NCBI GenBank assembly: GCA_963840455.1
Contig: CAWIYV010000001.1
Coordinates: forward strand, 256,001-320,000
Source of the DNA: Nitrospirota bacterium
GTDB taxonomy: Bacteria > Nitrospirota > UBA9217
Length of the DNA: 64,000 bases
Direction: 5' to 3'
Position 1 is the first letter of the stretch, and each line of letters starts with the position of its first letter. The notes beneath the pieces are model-generated. The model was given only the letters and a program-made list of their open reading frames with translations, was not told the origin of the DNA and ran no database searches. Both the position numbers and the translations under genes were made by a program. Of this stretch, positions 36,114 through 46,281 are shown piece after piece.

Positions 36114-36181
36114 AATGAGACTTTTCTCCGCGTCACCGTGTCACCGTGTCTCCGCGTCGGATCCTGCCTTTGTCCGATCTA

Positions 36182-36595
36182 TCACGCCTCGTGGTGGACC
36201 TCGGTGGCGCCGAACCGCGCCCCGCCGATGAGGACCACGTAGGCGACGGCATATCCCTCGTCATGGGAGTAGCTCAGCAGGATCTGCTTCACGCCCTTGA
36301 GGTCGGCATGGTCCTTCGCGATGCCGGTGAGGTTCACGATGGGACCTCCGCCGATGCCGTGCAGCACCTCGATATCGGTCCATTTCATCCCGGCGGAGAG
36401 GCCGGTCCCGAAGGCCTTGAGGATGGCCTCCTTGGACGCGAACCGCGCGGCGTAGTGCTGGGGAGGGAACTTCTGGCGGTTGCAGTAGTCCCGCTCTTTC
36501 TGCGTGAACACGCGCTCCAGAAAGCCCGGATGCGCGCTCCCCGCCTTCTCGAGGCGGCTGATCTTGACCAGGTCGACACCGATACCGATGATCAT
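36182..36595 (-). CDS. acpS: Holo-ACP synthase
   Basis: IGIGVDLV, AARFASKEA, SYSHD. Confidence 0.95.
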   Translation of the reverse strand: MIIGIGVDLVKISRLEKAGSAHPGFLERVFTQKERDYCNRQKFPPQHYAARFASKEAILKAFGTGLSAGMKWTDIEVLHGIGGGPIVNLTGIAKDHADLKGVKQILLSYSHDEGYAVAYVVLIGGARFGATEVHHEA

Positions 36596-36650
36596 ACGAT
36601 CCTCTTATAAGACCAAGAATGAGACACCACACGCCAAAAGACATTTTTCT

Positions 36651-36748
36651 CCGCAGAGTACGCAGAGCGCGCAGAGAACGTCGCAACGAAAGGCATGGGA
36701 ACCTTTGTCTTGCATTTTTTAACTCTGCATTCTCAGCGATCTCCGCGG
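36651..36748. repeat. Inverted pair of 9-bp-period arrays (CGCAGAG-based), no cargo
   Basis: ccgcagagtacgcagagcgcgcagag ... ctctgcattctcagcgatctccgcgg. Confidence 0.75.
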
Positions 36749-36782
36749 TAAGATCGGTTCGCCTTTGAACTTTACTACGCTC

Positions 36783-37496
36783 CTATCGGACCAGTTCGAT
36801 CATATCCCGCACGGCCCGGTCCATGCCCGCGAGCGCGGCCCGGGAGATGATGCTATGCCCGATGTTCAGCTCCTCGACCTCGCGTATCCGGGCGATGGCC
36901 TTCACATTGACGTAATTGAGCCCGTGCCCCGCGCCCACCCGGAGGCCCAGGCTCGCGGCGAGCTTCGCGGATTCCACGATCTTCCCGAACTCGGTATTGC
37001 GCTCTTTTTCAGTCGACGCGTTGGCATAGGCGCCGGTGTGGATCTCCACCCACGCAGCGCCTGTCTTCTTTGCAGCCGAGATCTGCTTTTCGTCGGGGTC
37101 AATGAAGAGGCTGACCGGGATGCCTGCGTTCTGCAGGCGTCCGATGTATTCCTTCAGGACCTCGACCCGTGCAAACACATCGAGGCCGCCCTCGGTGGTG
37201 AGCTCCTCGCGTTTTTCCGGCACCAAGGTCACGATGTCCGGCCGCACCTCCAGGGCAATGCCCTGCATCTCGCCGGTGGCAGCCATCTCGAGGTTCAGCT
37301 TCGTCCGGACGGTCTGGCGCACGAGGCGGAGGTCGCGGTCCTGGATGTGCCGCCGGTCCTCGCGGAGATGGACGATGATGCCGTCGGCGCCGGCAAGTTC
37401 GGCAAGCACTGCGGCAGCCACGGGATCGGGTTCAGCTCCCCTCCTCGCCTGGCGTACCGTCGCGATATGGTCGATGTTCACGGACAGCCTGGGCAC
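36783..37496 (-). CDS. pdxJ: Pyridoxine 5'-phosphate synthase
   Basis: GTG start after GGAGGAG; [42 protein letters not shown]. Confidence 0.97.
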   Translation of the reverse strand: MPRLSVNIDHIATVRQARRGAEPDPVAAAVLAELAGADGIIVHLREDRRHIQDRDLRLVRQTVRTKLNLEMAATGEMQGIALEVRPDIVTLVPEKREELTTEGGLDVFARVEVLKEYIGRLQNAGIPVSLFIDPDEKQISAAKKTGAAWVEIHTGAYANASTEKERNTEFGKIVESAKLAASLGLRVGAGHGLNYVNVKAIARIREVEELNIGHSIISRAALAGMDRAVRDMIELVR

Positions 37497-37695
37497 CCTG
37501 TTGCTCCTCCTCACTCCATCGTGATGGCAAAATTCTATCATCTATCTCCGTAAATATCCAGAATTTTATGTGAATAGTACCCTTGATCATCCTTTCTTGC
37601 TGCGACTTCCTTCCTTGACCGTGCATCAGGTCTCTGGTATAGTTCTTCATACTCACTGTTCACCATTTTTTCGTTCTCATGTTAAGGAGGAAACC

Positions 37696-38883
37696 ATGGT
37701 CCCTGTCACCCGTTTTGCGCTTCTCCTGCTTTCCCTGTTCCTTGTAACTACCCCGGTCCTGGCCCAGGAATCCAAGACCGTCACTGCCGAGGGCGTGGCA
37801 GTGGTCCAGGGCAACAATATGGACATCGCCCGCGACGCCGCCATCCAGGACGCCCAGACGCGCGCCGTGGAGCAGGCCATCGGGACCCTCATCGATTCCC
37901 AGACCCAGGTGGAGAACTACCAGGTCATCAGCGACAAGATCCTCTCCCAGATCAAGGGCTATATCAAGAAATACAACATCGTGCGTGAGAACAAGGAGGA
38001 CAACCTCCTGCGCGTCACCATCACCGCGGAGGTCTCCCTCGGCCAGCTGAGCGACGACCTGTCGGCCATCGGCATGCTGCTCGGCCAGATGCACAAGCCG
38101 CGCACCATGATCCTCGTGGCCGAGCAGAACATCGGACAGGAATGGTACGCCTGGTGGTGGTGGAGCCCCGGCACCGTGCATGCCTCGCAGAGCGATATGG
38201 GCATCATCGACAACACGCTGATGGACAAGTTCAACGAGAAGGGCTTCGAGATGATCGATCACCAGGCGGCGTCGCAGGAGATCAAGGTCACCCAGGCCTA
38301 CAATGTCCAGGACCTCTCCGCCCAGCAGGCGAAGACGCTGGGCAGCCAGGCGAACGCCGAGGTGGTGATCACGGGCAAGGGCCTTGCGAAACTCTACGGG
38401 AACGTCGGCGGCGGGCTGAAGTCGGTCCAGGCGGACCTTTCCCTCCGGGCAGTGCGCACCGATACGGGCCAGGTTCTCGCCACGGCCACGACCCACGCGG
38501 CCGCGGTGCATATCAGCGAGATCACGGCCGGTAACGAAGCCCTCAAGAAAGCGGCAACAGAGGCTGCAGACCAGCTCACGACCAAGATCCTCGCCCAGTA
38601 CTCCAAGGAAGCTGGCGGCACGCGGTCCATCAACATCACCGTCAACGGCCTGAACAAGACCCAGTTCGTCAAGTTCAAGGACGTGCTCCGGAACCAGGTC
38701 CGCGGCATCAAGGCCGTGAACGAGCGGAGCTTCCAGAACGGCGTCGCCAAGATGTCGGTGGACTCCAAGAGCAGCGCCCAGATCGTCTCCGACGAGCTGT
38801 CGCTCAAGGACTTCGGCACCTTCAGCGTCGAGGTCGTCAGTTCAACAGCGAACTCGCTGGAACTCAGGGTCGTGCCGAAATAA
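37696..38883 (+). CDS. Exported protein with FlgT-N-like domain
   Basis: AAGGAGG RBS; signal peptide; VTAEGVA...ARDAAIQDAQTRAVEQAIG.LIDSQT.VEN. Confidence 0.8.
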   Translation: MVPVTRFALLLLSLFLVTTPVLAQESKTVTAEGVAVVQGNNMDIARDAAIQDAQTRAVEQAIGTLIDSQTQVENYQVISDKILSQIKGYIKKYNIVRENKEDNLLRVTITAEVSLGQLSDDLSAIGMLLGQMHKPRTMILVAEQNIGQEWYAWWWWSPGTVHASQSDMGIIDNTLMDKFNEKGFEMIDHQAASQEIKVTQAYNVQDLSAQQAKTLGSQANAEVVITGKGLAKLYGNVGGGLKSVQADLSLRAVRTDTGQVLATATTHAAAVHISEITAGNEALKKAATEAADQLTTKILAQYSKEAGGTRSINITVNGLNKTQFVKFKDVLRNQVRGIKAVNERSFQNGVAKMSVDSKSSAQIVSDELSLKDFGTFSVEVVSSTANSLELRVVPK

Positions 38884-38909
38884 CAGGTTGATCGGTCATG
38901 GGAAACAGG

Positions 38910-38943
38910 AACGCCTGCCCGGAACCCGGGCAGGCGTTTTTTG
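38910..38943 (+). terminator. Intrinsic terminator
   Basis: aacgcctgcccgg-aac-ccggg(g)caggcgtt-tttt. Confidence 0.8.
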
Positions 38944-38972
38944 CGCGCTATTACCTGATGGGCGCAGGCGGA

Positions 38973-39653
38973 TCACTGTGTTTCCACTACGTGGTCTAGG
39001 AACGTCTTAAGCTGCGACCGGTCCTTATCATTAAGCCGTGTGAATGCAACACCAATCTCATAGAGTTCCCTCGATACGTCCGTCGCATTGCACGAAGCGA
39101 TCCGTCCGTCAAAATTGATCCATACATCAGGGCTCAAGGAAAGCCCCATGGGGAGCAAACTGTTTATCTCCAGGGCCCGGTCGCTCTGGATGAGCATGCC
39201 GCCCAAACTGATGGTCTTCACTTTGAATCGGGCGGGATGGCTGAGAGCAATGTCCAGGGGTAGGGTGATGCGGAACCTGACAGATAGCCTCTGGTCAGGC
39301 GCCGCGGTCGCCTTAAGTACTTTCTTCGATGCAAGGGATTTCAGAAAATCTGCGATCAGGCCATCCTGGCCATTCTTGAACTTTATTCCCGATGAATACG
39401 CGGCAGCCTTCGTCCCTGTTTTTTCTTCATGCGCCGTTCGTCCGGAATGGACCACATTACAGCGAAGTTCGGTCCGGTCGCCATCGGTCACCAAGGTCAT
39501 CAAATAGTCTCTGCCGACCTTCAGTTGATAGGCAGTTCTAATTAATGCTCCCCCGAGGCTGATATTCACGATCTCCACAGGGTCGATAATCATCATGGTA
39601 CCGCCCAATTCCACCAGATCCAGCCTGACCCTTTCATATTGTCGCTTTTCCAT
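38973..39653 (-). CDS. Tandem PilZ domain protein
   Basis: EKRQYERV + NISLGG; second domain QRLSVRF + TISLGG..Y.IGVAF. Confidence 0.85.
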   Translation of the reverse strand: MEKRQYERVRLDLVELGGTMMIIDPVEIVNISLGGALIRTAYQLKVGRDYLMTLVTDGDRTELRCNVVHSGRTAHEEKTGTKAAAYSSGIKFKNGQDGLIADFLKSLASKKVLKATAAPDQRLSVRFRITLPLDIALSHPARFKVKTISLGGMLIQSDRALEINSLLPMGLSLSPDVWINFDGRIASCNATDVSRELYEIGVAFTRLNDKDRSQLKTFLDHVVETQ

Positions 39654-39788
39654 CGTGCCGTATTCCTGTCTGCTATGGTGAGGCATCCGTGCATCCCGCA
39701 GCTTGTAGATCGGGCTGAGCATCGTGAAGCCCAAAATCTTCGTCAAATTGTTTGCTGGGCCCGAAAGAGGTGCCCAGCGTACCATCTG

Positions 39789-40745
39789 TCAGCGCGTTCC
39801 TGTTGAACGCCTTAATAACGAAGGCGGTTCGCTTTCGATGACAATCTCGCGCCTGGTTCTGGGATGATGAAAGCTCAGCTCTGCTGCATGAAGATGATAG
39901 CCCGGGTCGCCCGGCAAAGCGTGCGCATCCGGTAAGGGCAGACCATTCGCGCCATACAGAGGATCACCGACCAGAGGGTGTCCCGATGATGCTAGATGGA
40001 TCCGGATCTGGTGAGGACGGCCTGTCGCAATACGGACATCGCACAGAAAGGAATCTTCGCGGCGTTCGATGACGGTCACGTGAGACAAGGAGGGCTTTCC
40101 TTTTGGAGTGGCGGCATGGACCGATCCGAGCAAAGCGTGCGGCACCGGGCCGATAGGCGTTGAGATCGTCATCTCGTCCCAAGCGGAGCACCCGGTTGCA
40201 AGCGCGCGGTAGCGTTTGCCGACCTTTCTTGCCGACCACTGGCGCGTCAATTCTGTCCGGGCATTCTGATTTTTCGAGCACAAGACGATGCCTGATGTCC
40301 ATCGGCCCAATCGATGGAGAGGAGCACCGTCAGGCGCATGGGCCCGCACGAGATACAGGAGGGTCAACTGCAGGAAATTAGCGCCCGGAAGCGTAGGCAG
40401 CCCTGCAGGCTTGTTCACGGCGAGCAGGTCATCATCTTCATAGAGAACGGTAAATGACCTCGGCGCATCCGGCTCGATCCATGGCGGCCGCTGCCATACC
40501 AGCTCGTATCCCCTGCGCAGAACGCTGTCGGCATGCGCAGGCAGACCATCGATAAGCACGTGACCGGATGCAATGCGCGCTGCCCACTCCGCTGATGATG
40601 AGTGCCCATAGTGCCGGCTGAGGTAATCCAGGAGCGTGCAGCCATCAGCATCCATGCCAAGCTGTCCGCGGTATGAACAGCCTTCGTTAAGGTGTGTATT
40701 TGTCACGGGTTGAAGCATTGAAGTCGATGTCCTCTTTTGGGCCAC
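39789..40745 (-). CDS. RluA-family RNA pseudouridine synthase (start uncertain)
   Basis: S4-like N-terminus, VNKPAGL, HRLGRWTSG, TGRPHQIRIH, GHPLVGD. Confidence 0.88.
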   Translation of the reverse strand: MAQKRTSTSMLQPVTNTHLNEGCSYRGQLGMDADGCTLLDYLSRHYGHSSSAEWAARIASGHVLIDGLPAHADSVLRRGYELVWQRPPWIEPDAPRSFTVLYEDDDLLAVNKPAGLPTLPGANFLQLTLLYLVRAHAPDGAPLHRLGRWTSGIVLCSKNQNARTELTRQWSARKVGKRYRALATGCSAWDEMTISTPIGPVPHALLGSVHAATPKGKPSLSHVTVIERREDSFLCDVRIATGRPHQIRIHLASSGHPLVGDPLYGANGLPLPDAHALPGDPGYHLHAAELSFHHPRTRREIVIESEPPSLLRRSTGTR

Positions 40746-40750
40746 ATCAC

Positions 40751-41452
40751 CTAGAGAGCCGTGCCGAAGAGCCTGCCAATGCCGGCGGTGATCCCCATGG
40801 CGAGTGCTCCCCAGAAGGAAACTCGCACTGCACCCCTGACAAGAGACGCGCCACCGGCGTATGCGGCGGTTCCCCCCAGAATGACCAAGGTGACCAGTGC
40901 TGTCGCAGAAGTGATTTCAGCAACCCAGGCTGAGGGGGCCAGCAACACTGCTGCAATGGGAACAATGGCGCCAACAGCGAACGAGATCGCAGAGGCAAGA
41001 GCGGCCTGGATCGGCCGCGCCCGCAGGGCCTCCGTAATGCCAAGTTCATCGCGGGCGTGCGTGCCAAGAGCATCACCCGACATCAGCTTTTCTGCTACGA
41101 GCCGCGCCAGCGGTTGATCAAGACCCCGCTTCACATAGATTGAGGTCAGTTCCGCGAGTTCGCGCTTTGGCCGGGTTTTCAATTCATGCCTTTCTCGCTC
41201 GATGTCCGCGCCCTCGGTATCTGCTTGCGACTGAACCGATACATATTCACCTGCCGCCATTGACATTGCGCCGGCCACCAGGCCTGCCACGCCTGTAAGG
41301 AGCACACTCCTTTGCGAAGCGCCGGAAGCGGCTACGCCAACAACAAGGCTTGCAACCGAAATAGTCCCGTCATTGGCACCAAGGACAGCTGCTCGAAGCC
41401 AGCCAATTCGATCCGATCGGTGAGACTCTTTATGAATGTTGGGCATCAACAT
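40751..41452 (-). CDS. VIT1/CCC1 family Fe/Mn transporter
   Basis: WLRAAVLGANDG, AGAMSMAAGEYVSV, HARDELG; AAGGAG RBS. Confidence 0.93.
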   Translation of the reverse strand: MLMPNIHKESHRSDRIGWLRAAVLGANDGTISVASLVVGVAASGASQRSVLLTGVAGLVAGAMSMAAGEYVSVQSQADTEGADIERERHELKTRPKRELAELTSIYVKRGLDQPLARLVAEKLMSGDALGTHARDELGITEALRARPIQAALASAISFAVGAIVPIAAVLLAPSAWVAEITSATALVTLVILGGTAAYAGGASLVRGAVRVSFWGALAMGITAGIGRLFGTAL

Positions 41453-41464
41453 AGTCTCCTTATG

Positions 41465-41520
41465 GCTCAACGATGAGCTCTCACACCGCGAAGCGGTTGG
41501 TATGAAGCGATCAGTTATAC
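41465..41520 (-). repeat. Isolated attC-like site
   Basis: - strand GTATAAC-TGATCGCTTCATACCAACCGCTTCGCGGTGTGAGAGCTCATC-GTTGAGC, directly 5' of the VIT gene RBS. Confidence 0.65.
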
Positions 41521-41738
41521 GTTTTACAGTTGTCGGATTTTGCTTTTGTCCTTCCCTGGCTTTCGGCTTACCAGTCTCCTTGGGTGATGAGGAGCGTATT
41601 ATGGTAACGGTCTTTCCCCTGGGAAAGACCCTCACGTTCTTAGAGAATCCGGGACGTTGCTACGAATGTTTACTTGCTGTTTTCTCCTGTTTTTTGCACC
41701 CTCAGCAACAACTTCCCCGTGGTTTCTTTTCTTCCTGT

Positions 41739-42968
41739 TCATTGTGCCTTTCCGCACTCTCTGCAGTACTTGCCGAATACCAGCGTCGGTCTATTACAGC
41801 TGCTGCAGGCCTTGTACTGCGCGAACCCGCAAAAGGGGCAGGCCTGTGATCCAGGAGGCAGCTGCTTTCCGCACTGCTGGCACTGGCCTTTTGCGATCCG
41901 CCGCTCCATCAGCTTTTCCCGTGAAAAGAGCTTTTTCTGAAAGATATAGATGACGAACAAAGCCGCAGCGACTGCGAGTGCGATGACGAAATAGTACCAT
42001 ATGGCGACGAGCTTAAGCGACTCCAGCAATTCGATGAGCTTCTTCAGCAGCTTCTTCGGAATGATATCGTAGGCGGTCTCGATGATCTTGAAGAAGATGG
42101 GGATGAACGAAACGACCATAAGGTGCGTGGAGATCAGCGCCTGGATGCCGCGGCCCTTCCTGATGCTTGCATCGTTCCAGGCGTAGAAGATCGCGAAGAG
42201 CGGCAGCAGGAATAGCATCTGCATCCCCAGTCGCTTGATCGGGTACCAGAAGTAAATGCTTCGGAGGTCCGCTCTCAGCCTTTCCCGGTCTGTCTGCTGC
42301 AGGCCCTGCAGTCTTTCCCAGAGCAGCATGACCTTCCCATTCCCGTTGATCTTCAGCCCCAGGGCATCGATCTGGCCGCGCAAAGTGTTCAGGGTGTTTG
42401 TCTTCTCCTGCAGGTCCTTCTTGATCTGATCGACATTGGCCTGCCCTTCCTTCTGCCCGGCGATGGTCTCCAGGAGCGACGTATCGTAGGCCCCTTTCAG
42501 ATCGCCGATCTTTCGCTGTAGGTCCTTTGCTTCGCGGTCGAACTTGCCGCGTTCCTCAAAGACGGCAGCCAGTTCCTTGTCATTCTTGATCTGGTCAAAG
42601 AGATCGAGAAAAGGCGCGCAGACCGGGTGGCGGTCCTTCTTTTTCTCTTCTATCCGATAATAGCTGTTGCTGTACGAGATGATGATGCTTGAGAGGTTGT
42701 CGATCCGGTTCGTGGGATTCCAATCCCTGTTGATGACGATGTCCCTGCAGGTATAGGGAATAGAGTCATCAGGGGCCGGAAGCTGCCGGGTATGTTCATC
42801 CAGGCCATTGAAGACCGAGGTGAGGATGAAGATGTCGAGGAAAAGAATGACGACCAGCGCAGCCTTGCTTATCGGCTGATCATCAAGACGCGTAAGATTC
42901 GTCTTGATCCTGGAAAGCCTGTCCTTTATTATCCTTCCGATCACGTTGAGGCCCTCCTTGAAGAGCAT
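41739..42968 (-). CDS. Membrane protein with periplasmic coiled coil and C-terminal double zinc ribbon
   Basis: TMs plus CQQCG..CPFCG..CSSC..CRECG. Confidence 0.85.
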   Translation of the reverse strand: MLFKEGLNVIGRIIKDRLSRIKTNLTRLDDQPISKAALVVILFLDIFILTSVFNGLDEHTRQLPAPDDSIPYTCRDIVINRDWNPTNRIDNLSSIIISYSNSYYRIEEKKKDRHPVCAPFLDLFDQIKNDKELAAVFEERGKFDREAKDLQRKIGDLKGAYDTSLLETIAGQKEGQANVDQIKKDLQEKTNTLNTLRGQIDALGLKINGNGKVMLLWERLQGLQQTDRERLRADLRSIYFWYPIKRLGMQMLFLLPLFAIFYAWNDASIRKGRGIQALISTHLMVVSFIPIFFKIIETAYDIIPKKLLKKLIELLESLKLVAIWYYFVIALAVAAALFVIYIFQKKLFSREKLMERRIAKGQCQQCGKQLPPGSQACPFCGFAQYKACSSCNRPTLVFGKYCRECGKAQ

Positions 42969-43041
42969 CCTGTTGTTCCTTACGTTGCGCTACTGTTCCT
43001 TTGCTTGTCGAAATCTGAACAACAGCGTCATCCCAGTCTTT

Positions 43042-43434
43042 TCATGTCTGTTCTTCTTCTTGTCCCCTATCGGCGTTCCCGTCAGAATGAGCGTTCCTGG
43101 CCGCCACGAAGAAGCTGAAGGACAGAAGGACCGAAATACAGGCTAGGGTGACCGCAAGCGACCGGCCCCTCCATAACCCGTCGAACCATCGGTTGAAATC
43201 ATCCGCCAGCACGGCCGCTTTTCCGCCGTACAGCTCCAGATCATGCTGGTATTTCTTGGAGCGCTCGTTCATGGCCGGATAGATGTACTTGCCAGCAACT
43301 TCATACCCCTGCTCTCCATCCGCTTCATCGTCAGCAGCGAAAAAGATCGCCATGGCGCTCCCCAGGCCGACCAGAAGGATCGCGGCGCTGACCAGGAAAA
43401 GACGCGTCTGCTTTTTCGAAAGCTTTTCCCTCAT
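43042..43434 (-). CDS. Hypothetical two-TM protein
   Basis: SKKYQHDLELYGGKAAVLADDFNRWF; ATGA overlap with the upstream gene. Confidence 0.75.
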   Translation of the reverse strand: MREKLSKKQTRLFLVSAAILLVGLGSAMAIFFAADDEADGEQGYEVAGKYIYPAMNERSKKYQHDLELYGGKAAVLADDFNRWFDGLWRGRSLAVTLACISVLLSFSFFVAARNAHSDGNADRGQEEEQT

Positions 43435-43913
43435 GCGTTGTCCTTTTTCCCGTGCGCCGGTACTTTCTTTCTCACATACACGACCTTCTCGACAGACGCG
43501 TGCACCGTCCCCTGCTCGTCAACCAGGTCCACATGATAGACCCGGTCGACATGCCGGACCTGTTCCAGTTCCTGCCTGATCGTGTCAAGCTCTGCCCCGT
43601 CGAGCTGGAACCGTGCGAAGAGGGCCGTCCGCCCCGGCTTCTTGAAGTCGATGCACGCCGAGCGGTCCCAGACCACGTAGTCGGACCCCAGGTTCTTGAT
43701 CAGCATGAGCATGTAGACCGGGTCCACCGCTGCGTACATGCTGCCGCCGAAGATGGTGCCCACGACGTTCCGGGTCTGCCAGGACAGCGGGAGCCGGACC
43801 ACGACCTCGCGGAAGTCATGGGAGATGTAGGTGATGCGCGCGCCCGTGGAGCAGTAGGCGGGGAAGAGGTTGAACCCCCAGCGCAGGAACTTTGACTTTA
43901 TAGATTCAGGCAT
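43431..43913 (-). CDS. Hotdog-fold protein (DUF4442/YiiD-like)
   Basis: FNLFPAY..TG, TRNVVGTIFGGSMYAAVDP, VWDRSA.IDF.KPG. Confidence 0.85.
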   Translation of the reverse strand: MPESIKSKFLRWGFNLFPAYCSTGARITYISHDFREVVVRLPLSWQTRNVVGTIFGGSMYAAVDPVYMLMLIKNLGSDYVVWDRSACIDFKKPGRTALFARFQLDGAELDTIRQELEQVRHVDRVYHVDLVDEQGTVHASVEKVVYVRKKVPAHGKKDNA

Positions 43914-43934
43914 CGAGGTAAGCTCCGAACGCGA

Positions 43935-44834
43935 TCATTCCATCCCGACCATCCGCTTGGCCGAGATCACCGTGTTCTTCAGCACGATGGCAATGGTCAC
44001 GGGCCCCACGCCTCCGGGCACCGGGGTGATGAGCGACGCCTTCTTTGAGGCGCTGTCGAAGTCCACGTCGCCGACGACGCGGCCGTCCGGCAGGACATTG
44101 ATGCCGACGTCAACCACCACGCTCCCCTCGCTCACCATGTCGCCGGTGATGAGCCCCGCCCTGCCCGTGGCCGTGCAGATGATGTCTGCCTGGCGCGTCT
44201 CTGCCGCCAGGTCCTTCGTTTCCCGGTGGCAGACCGTGACCGTCGCCTCCTTGACCAGCAGCATCATGGCGAGCGGCTTGCCGACCGCGAGGCTCTTGCC
44301 CACGACCACGGCCTTCTTCCCCCTGGGGTCGATGCTGTAATGCTCCAGGAGCCGCATGACGCCGTAGGGAGTGCACGGCAGGAAGGTCGACTTTGCCGCA
44401 AGCGTGAAGCCAGGCTCGAAGAGCTGGGTCGTTGACTCGTCCGCCGAGAGGCGGCCCACGGAGATGGAACCCTGGCCGTCCACGTCCTTTTCCGGCGCGA
44501 TGGCGTTCATGACCTTGCGCGTGTCGATGTGGCGGGGCAGCGGCAGGAAGATGAGGATGCCATTGACCCGTTCGTCGCTGTTCAGGTTCTTGACCAGGTT
44601 CAGGATCTCGTTCAGCGACACCGACGACGGCAGGGTGTGATTATAGATGTCGATCCCGGCCCGGACCGCGGCGGCTTTCGTCGCCTGGCAGTAGAGTGAC
44701 GAGGACTTGTCCTCGCCCGCGAGCACCAGCGCGAGCCCGGCCCTGATGCCGTGTTTCGCGAGCCGGTCCGTTTCTTCCTTGACGGCCCCGATGATCTTCG
44801 CAGCAAGTTCCGTTCCCTTCATCAAGCGCGCCAT
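43935..44834 (-). CDS. folD: FolD-family methylene-THF dehydrogenase, divergent at cyclohydrolase residues
   Basis: PEKDVDG, PCTP, VGKP, VDVGIN, GDVD, ITPVPGGVGP. Confidence 0.88.
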   Translation of the reverse strand: MARLMKGTELAAKIIGAVKEETDRLAKHGIRAGLALVLAGEDKSSSLYCQATKAAAVRAGIDIYNHTLPSSVSLNEILNLVKNLNSDERVNGILIFLPLPRHIDTRKVMNAIAPEKDVDGQGSISVGRLSADESTTQLFEPGFTLAAKSTFLPCTPYGVMRLLEHYSIDPRGKKAVVVGKSLAVGKPLAMMLLVKEATVTVCHRETKDLAAETRQADIICTATGRAGLITGDMVSEGSVVVDVGINVLPDGRVVGDVDFDSASKKASLITPVPGGVGPVTIAIVLKNTVISAKRMVGME

Positions 44835-44953
44835 CGCCCCCTCCTGTCGCATGGTATCGAGTGCGTATGATACCATGACCGCGGCCGGGACACAACGACC
44901 CCGGCCAATTTTCATTTGATTTTCCAGATGGTTTATGATAATTTAACGCCTCA

Positions 44954-46147
44954 ATGATCACCAGCGACATCATCAAGGACGCACAGTCCTTCCTCATGAA
45001 CACCTACAGCCGCCAGCCCCTGGTGCTCGTAAAGGGCCGCGGCACGACGGTGTACGACTCCGACGGACGGGAGTACCTCGACTTCGTCGCCGGCGTGGCG
45101 GTGAACAACCTCGGCCATTGCCATCCCAAGGTCGTCGTGGCGCTCCAGAAGCAGGCGCAGCGGCTCATGCACGTCTCGAACCACTTCCACATCGAGGCGC
45201 AGGTCGCCCTCGGGAAGGAACTGGTGAGGAACTCCTTTGCCGACAAGGCCTTCTTCTGCAATTCCGGCACCGAGGCCATCGAGGCCGCCATCAAGCTCAG
45301 CCGCCGGTACAGCCGCGAAATCATTAAAAAGGACCGGTTCGAGGTCATCACCATGTTCGGTTCCTTCCACGGCCGGACCTACGGGGCGGTGTCTGCCACG
45401 GCGCAGGAGAAGTTCCACCAGGGGTTCGAGCCCATGGTCCCCGGTTTCCGGTACGTGCCGTTCAACGACAGCAAAGCCGTCGAGGACGCGGTCACCGACA
45501 AGACCTGCGCCATCCTCGTGGAACCGTTGCAGGGCGAAGGCGGCGTGAAGGTCCCTTCTCCGGGATATTTAAAGGCTCTCCGAAAGATCTGCGACGAGCG
45601 CCAGCTGCTCCTCGTGCTGGACGAGATCCAGACCGGCATGGGCCGCACCGGCAGGCTCTTCGCCTATGAGCACGAGGGCATAACGCCCGACATCATGGCG
45701 CTTGCCAAGGGCCTCGGCTCGGGCATGCCCGTCGGCGCGCTGCTGGCCACGGACAAGGCCAGCCAGGCGTTCGTCCCCGGCACGCACGGGTCCACCTTCG
45801 GCGGCAACCCCCTGGCCTGCGCCGCGGGGCTGGCGTCCCTCGAAGCGCTGCTCGAGGACAATATCATCATCCAGAACGTCGAGGCGCTGGGAAAGCATTT
45901 CATGGACGGCCTGCGGTCGCTCAAGGCAAAATATCCCTTTATCAAGGATGTTCGGGGACAGGGCCTCCTCATCGGCATGGAGCTGGACTTTGAAGGCAAG
46001 GAGATCGTGACCGAATGCCTCAAGCAGGGCTTCCTCATCAACTGCACCGTGAACACCGTGCTGCGGTTCATGCCCCCGCTCATCATCTCTGAAGAGGAGA
46101 TCGACCAGCTCATCGACGCGCTGGACGGGATATTCCAGAAGCGCTGA
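44954..46147 (+). CDS. argD: Acetylornithine aminotransferase
   Basis: NSGTEAIEAAIK, SFHGRT, EPLQGEGG, DEIQTGMGRTG, LAKGLG, HGSTFGGNP; next to argF. Confidence 0.95.
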   Translation: MITSDIIKDAQSFLMNTYSRQPLVLVKGRGTTVYDSDGREYLDFVAGVAVNNLGHCHPKVVVALQKQAQRLMHVSNHFHIEAQVALGKELVRNSFADKAFFCNSGTEAIEAAIKLSRRYSREIIKKDRFEVITMFGSFHGRTYGAVSATAQEKFHQGFEPMVPGFRYVPFNDSKAVEDAVTDKTCAILVEPLQGEGGVKVPSPGYLKALRKICDERQLLLVLDEIQTGMGRTGRLFAYEHEGITPDIMALAKGLGSGMPVGALLATDKASQAFVPGTHGSTFGGNPLACAAGLASLEALLEDNIIIQNVEALGKHFMDGLRSLKAKYPFIKDVRGQGLLIGMELDFEGKEIVTECLKQGFLINCTVNTVLRFMPPLIISEEEIDQLIDALDGIFQKR

Positions 46148-46281
46148 TGAGCAAGAAGAACGCTCGGTATTTTCAAGGCGGCTTGAAAAAGCCGCCTGTT
46201 CCTTTTAGGACACGATGTGTCCATATCCGTCATTCGTGACATTCGTCCCATTCGTGTTCAATGCCTGTTCCTGGAGACCGT

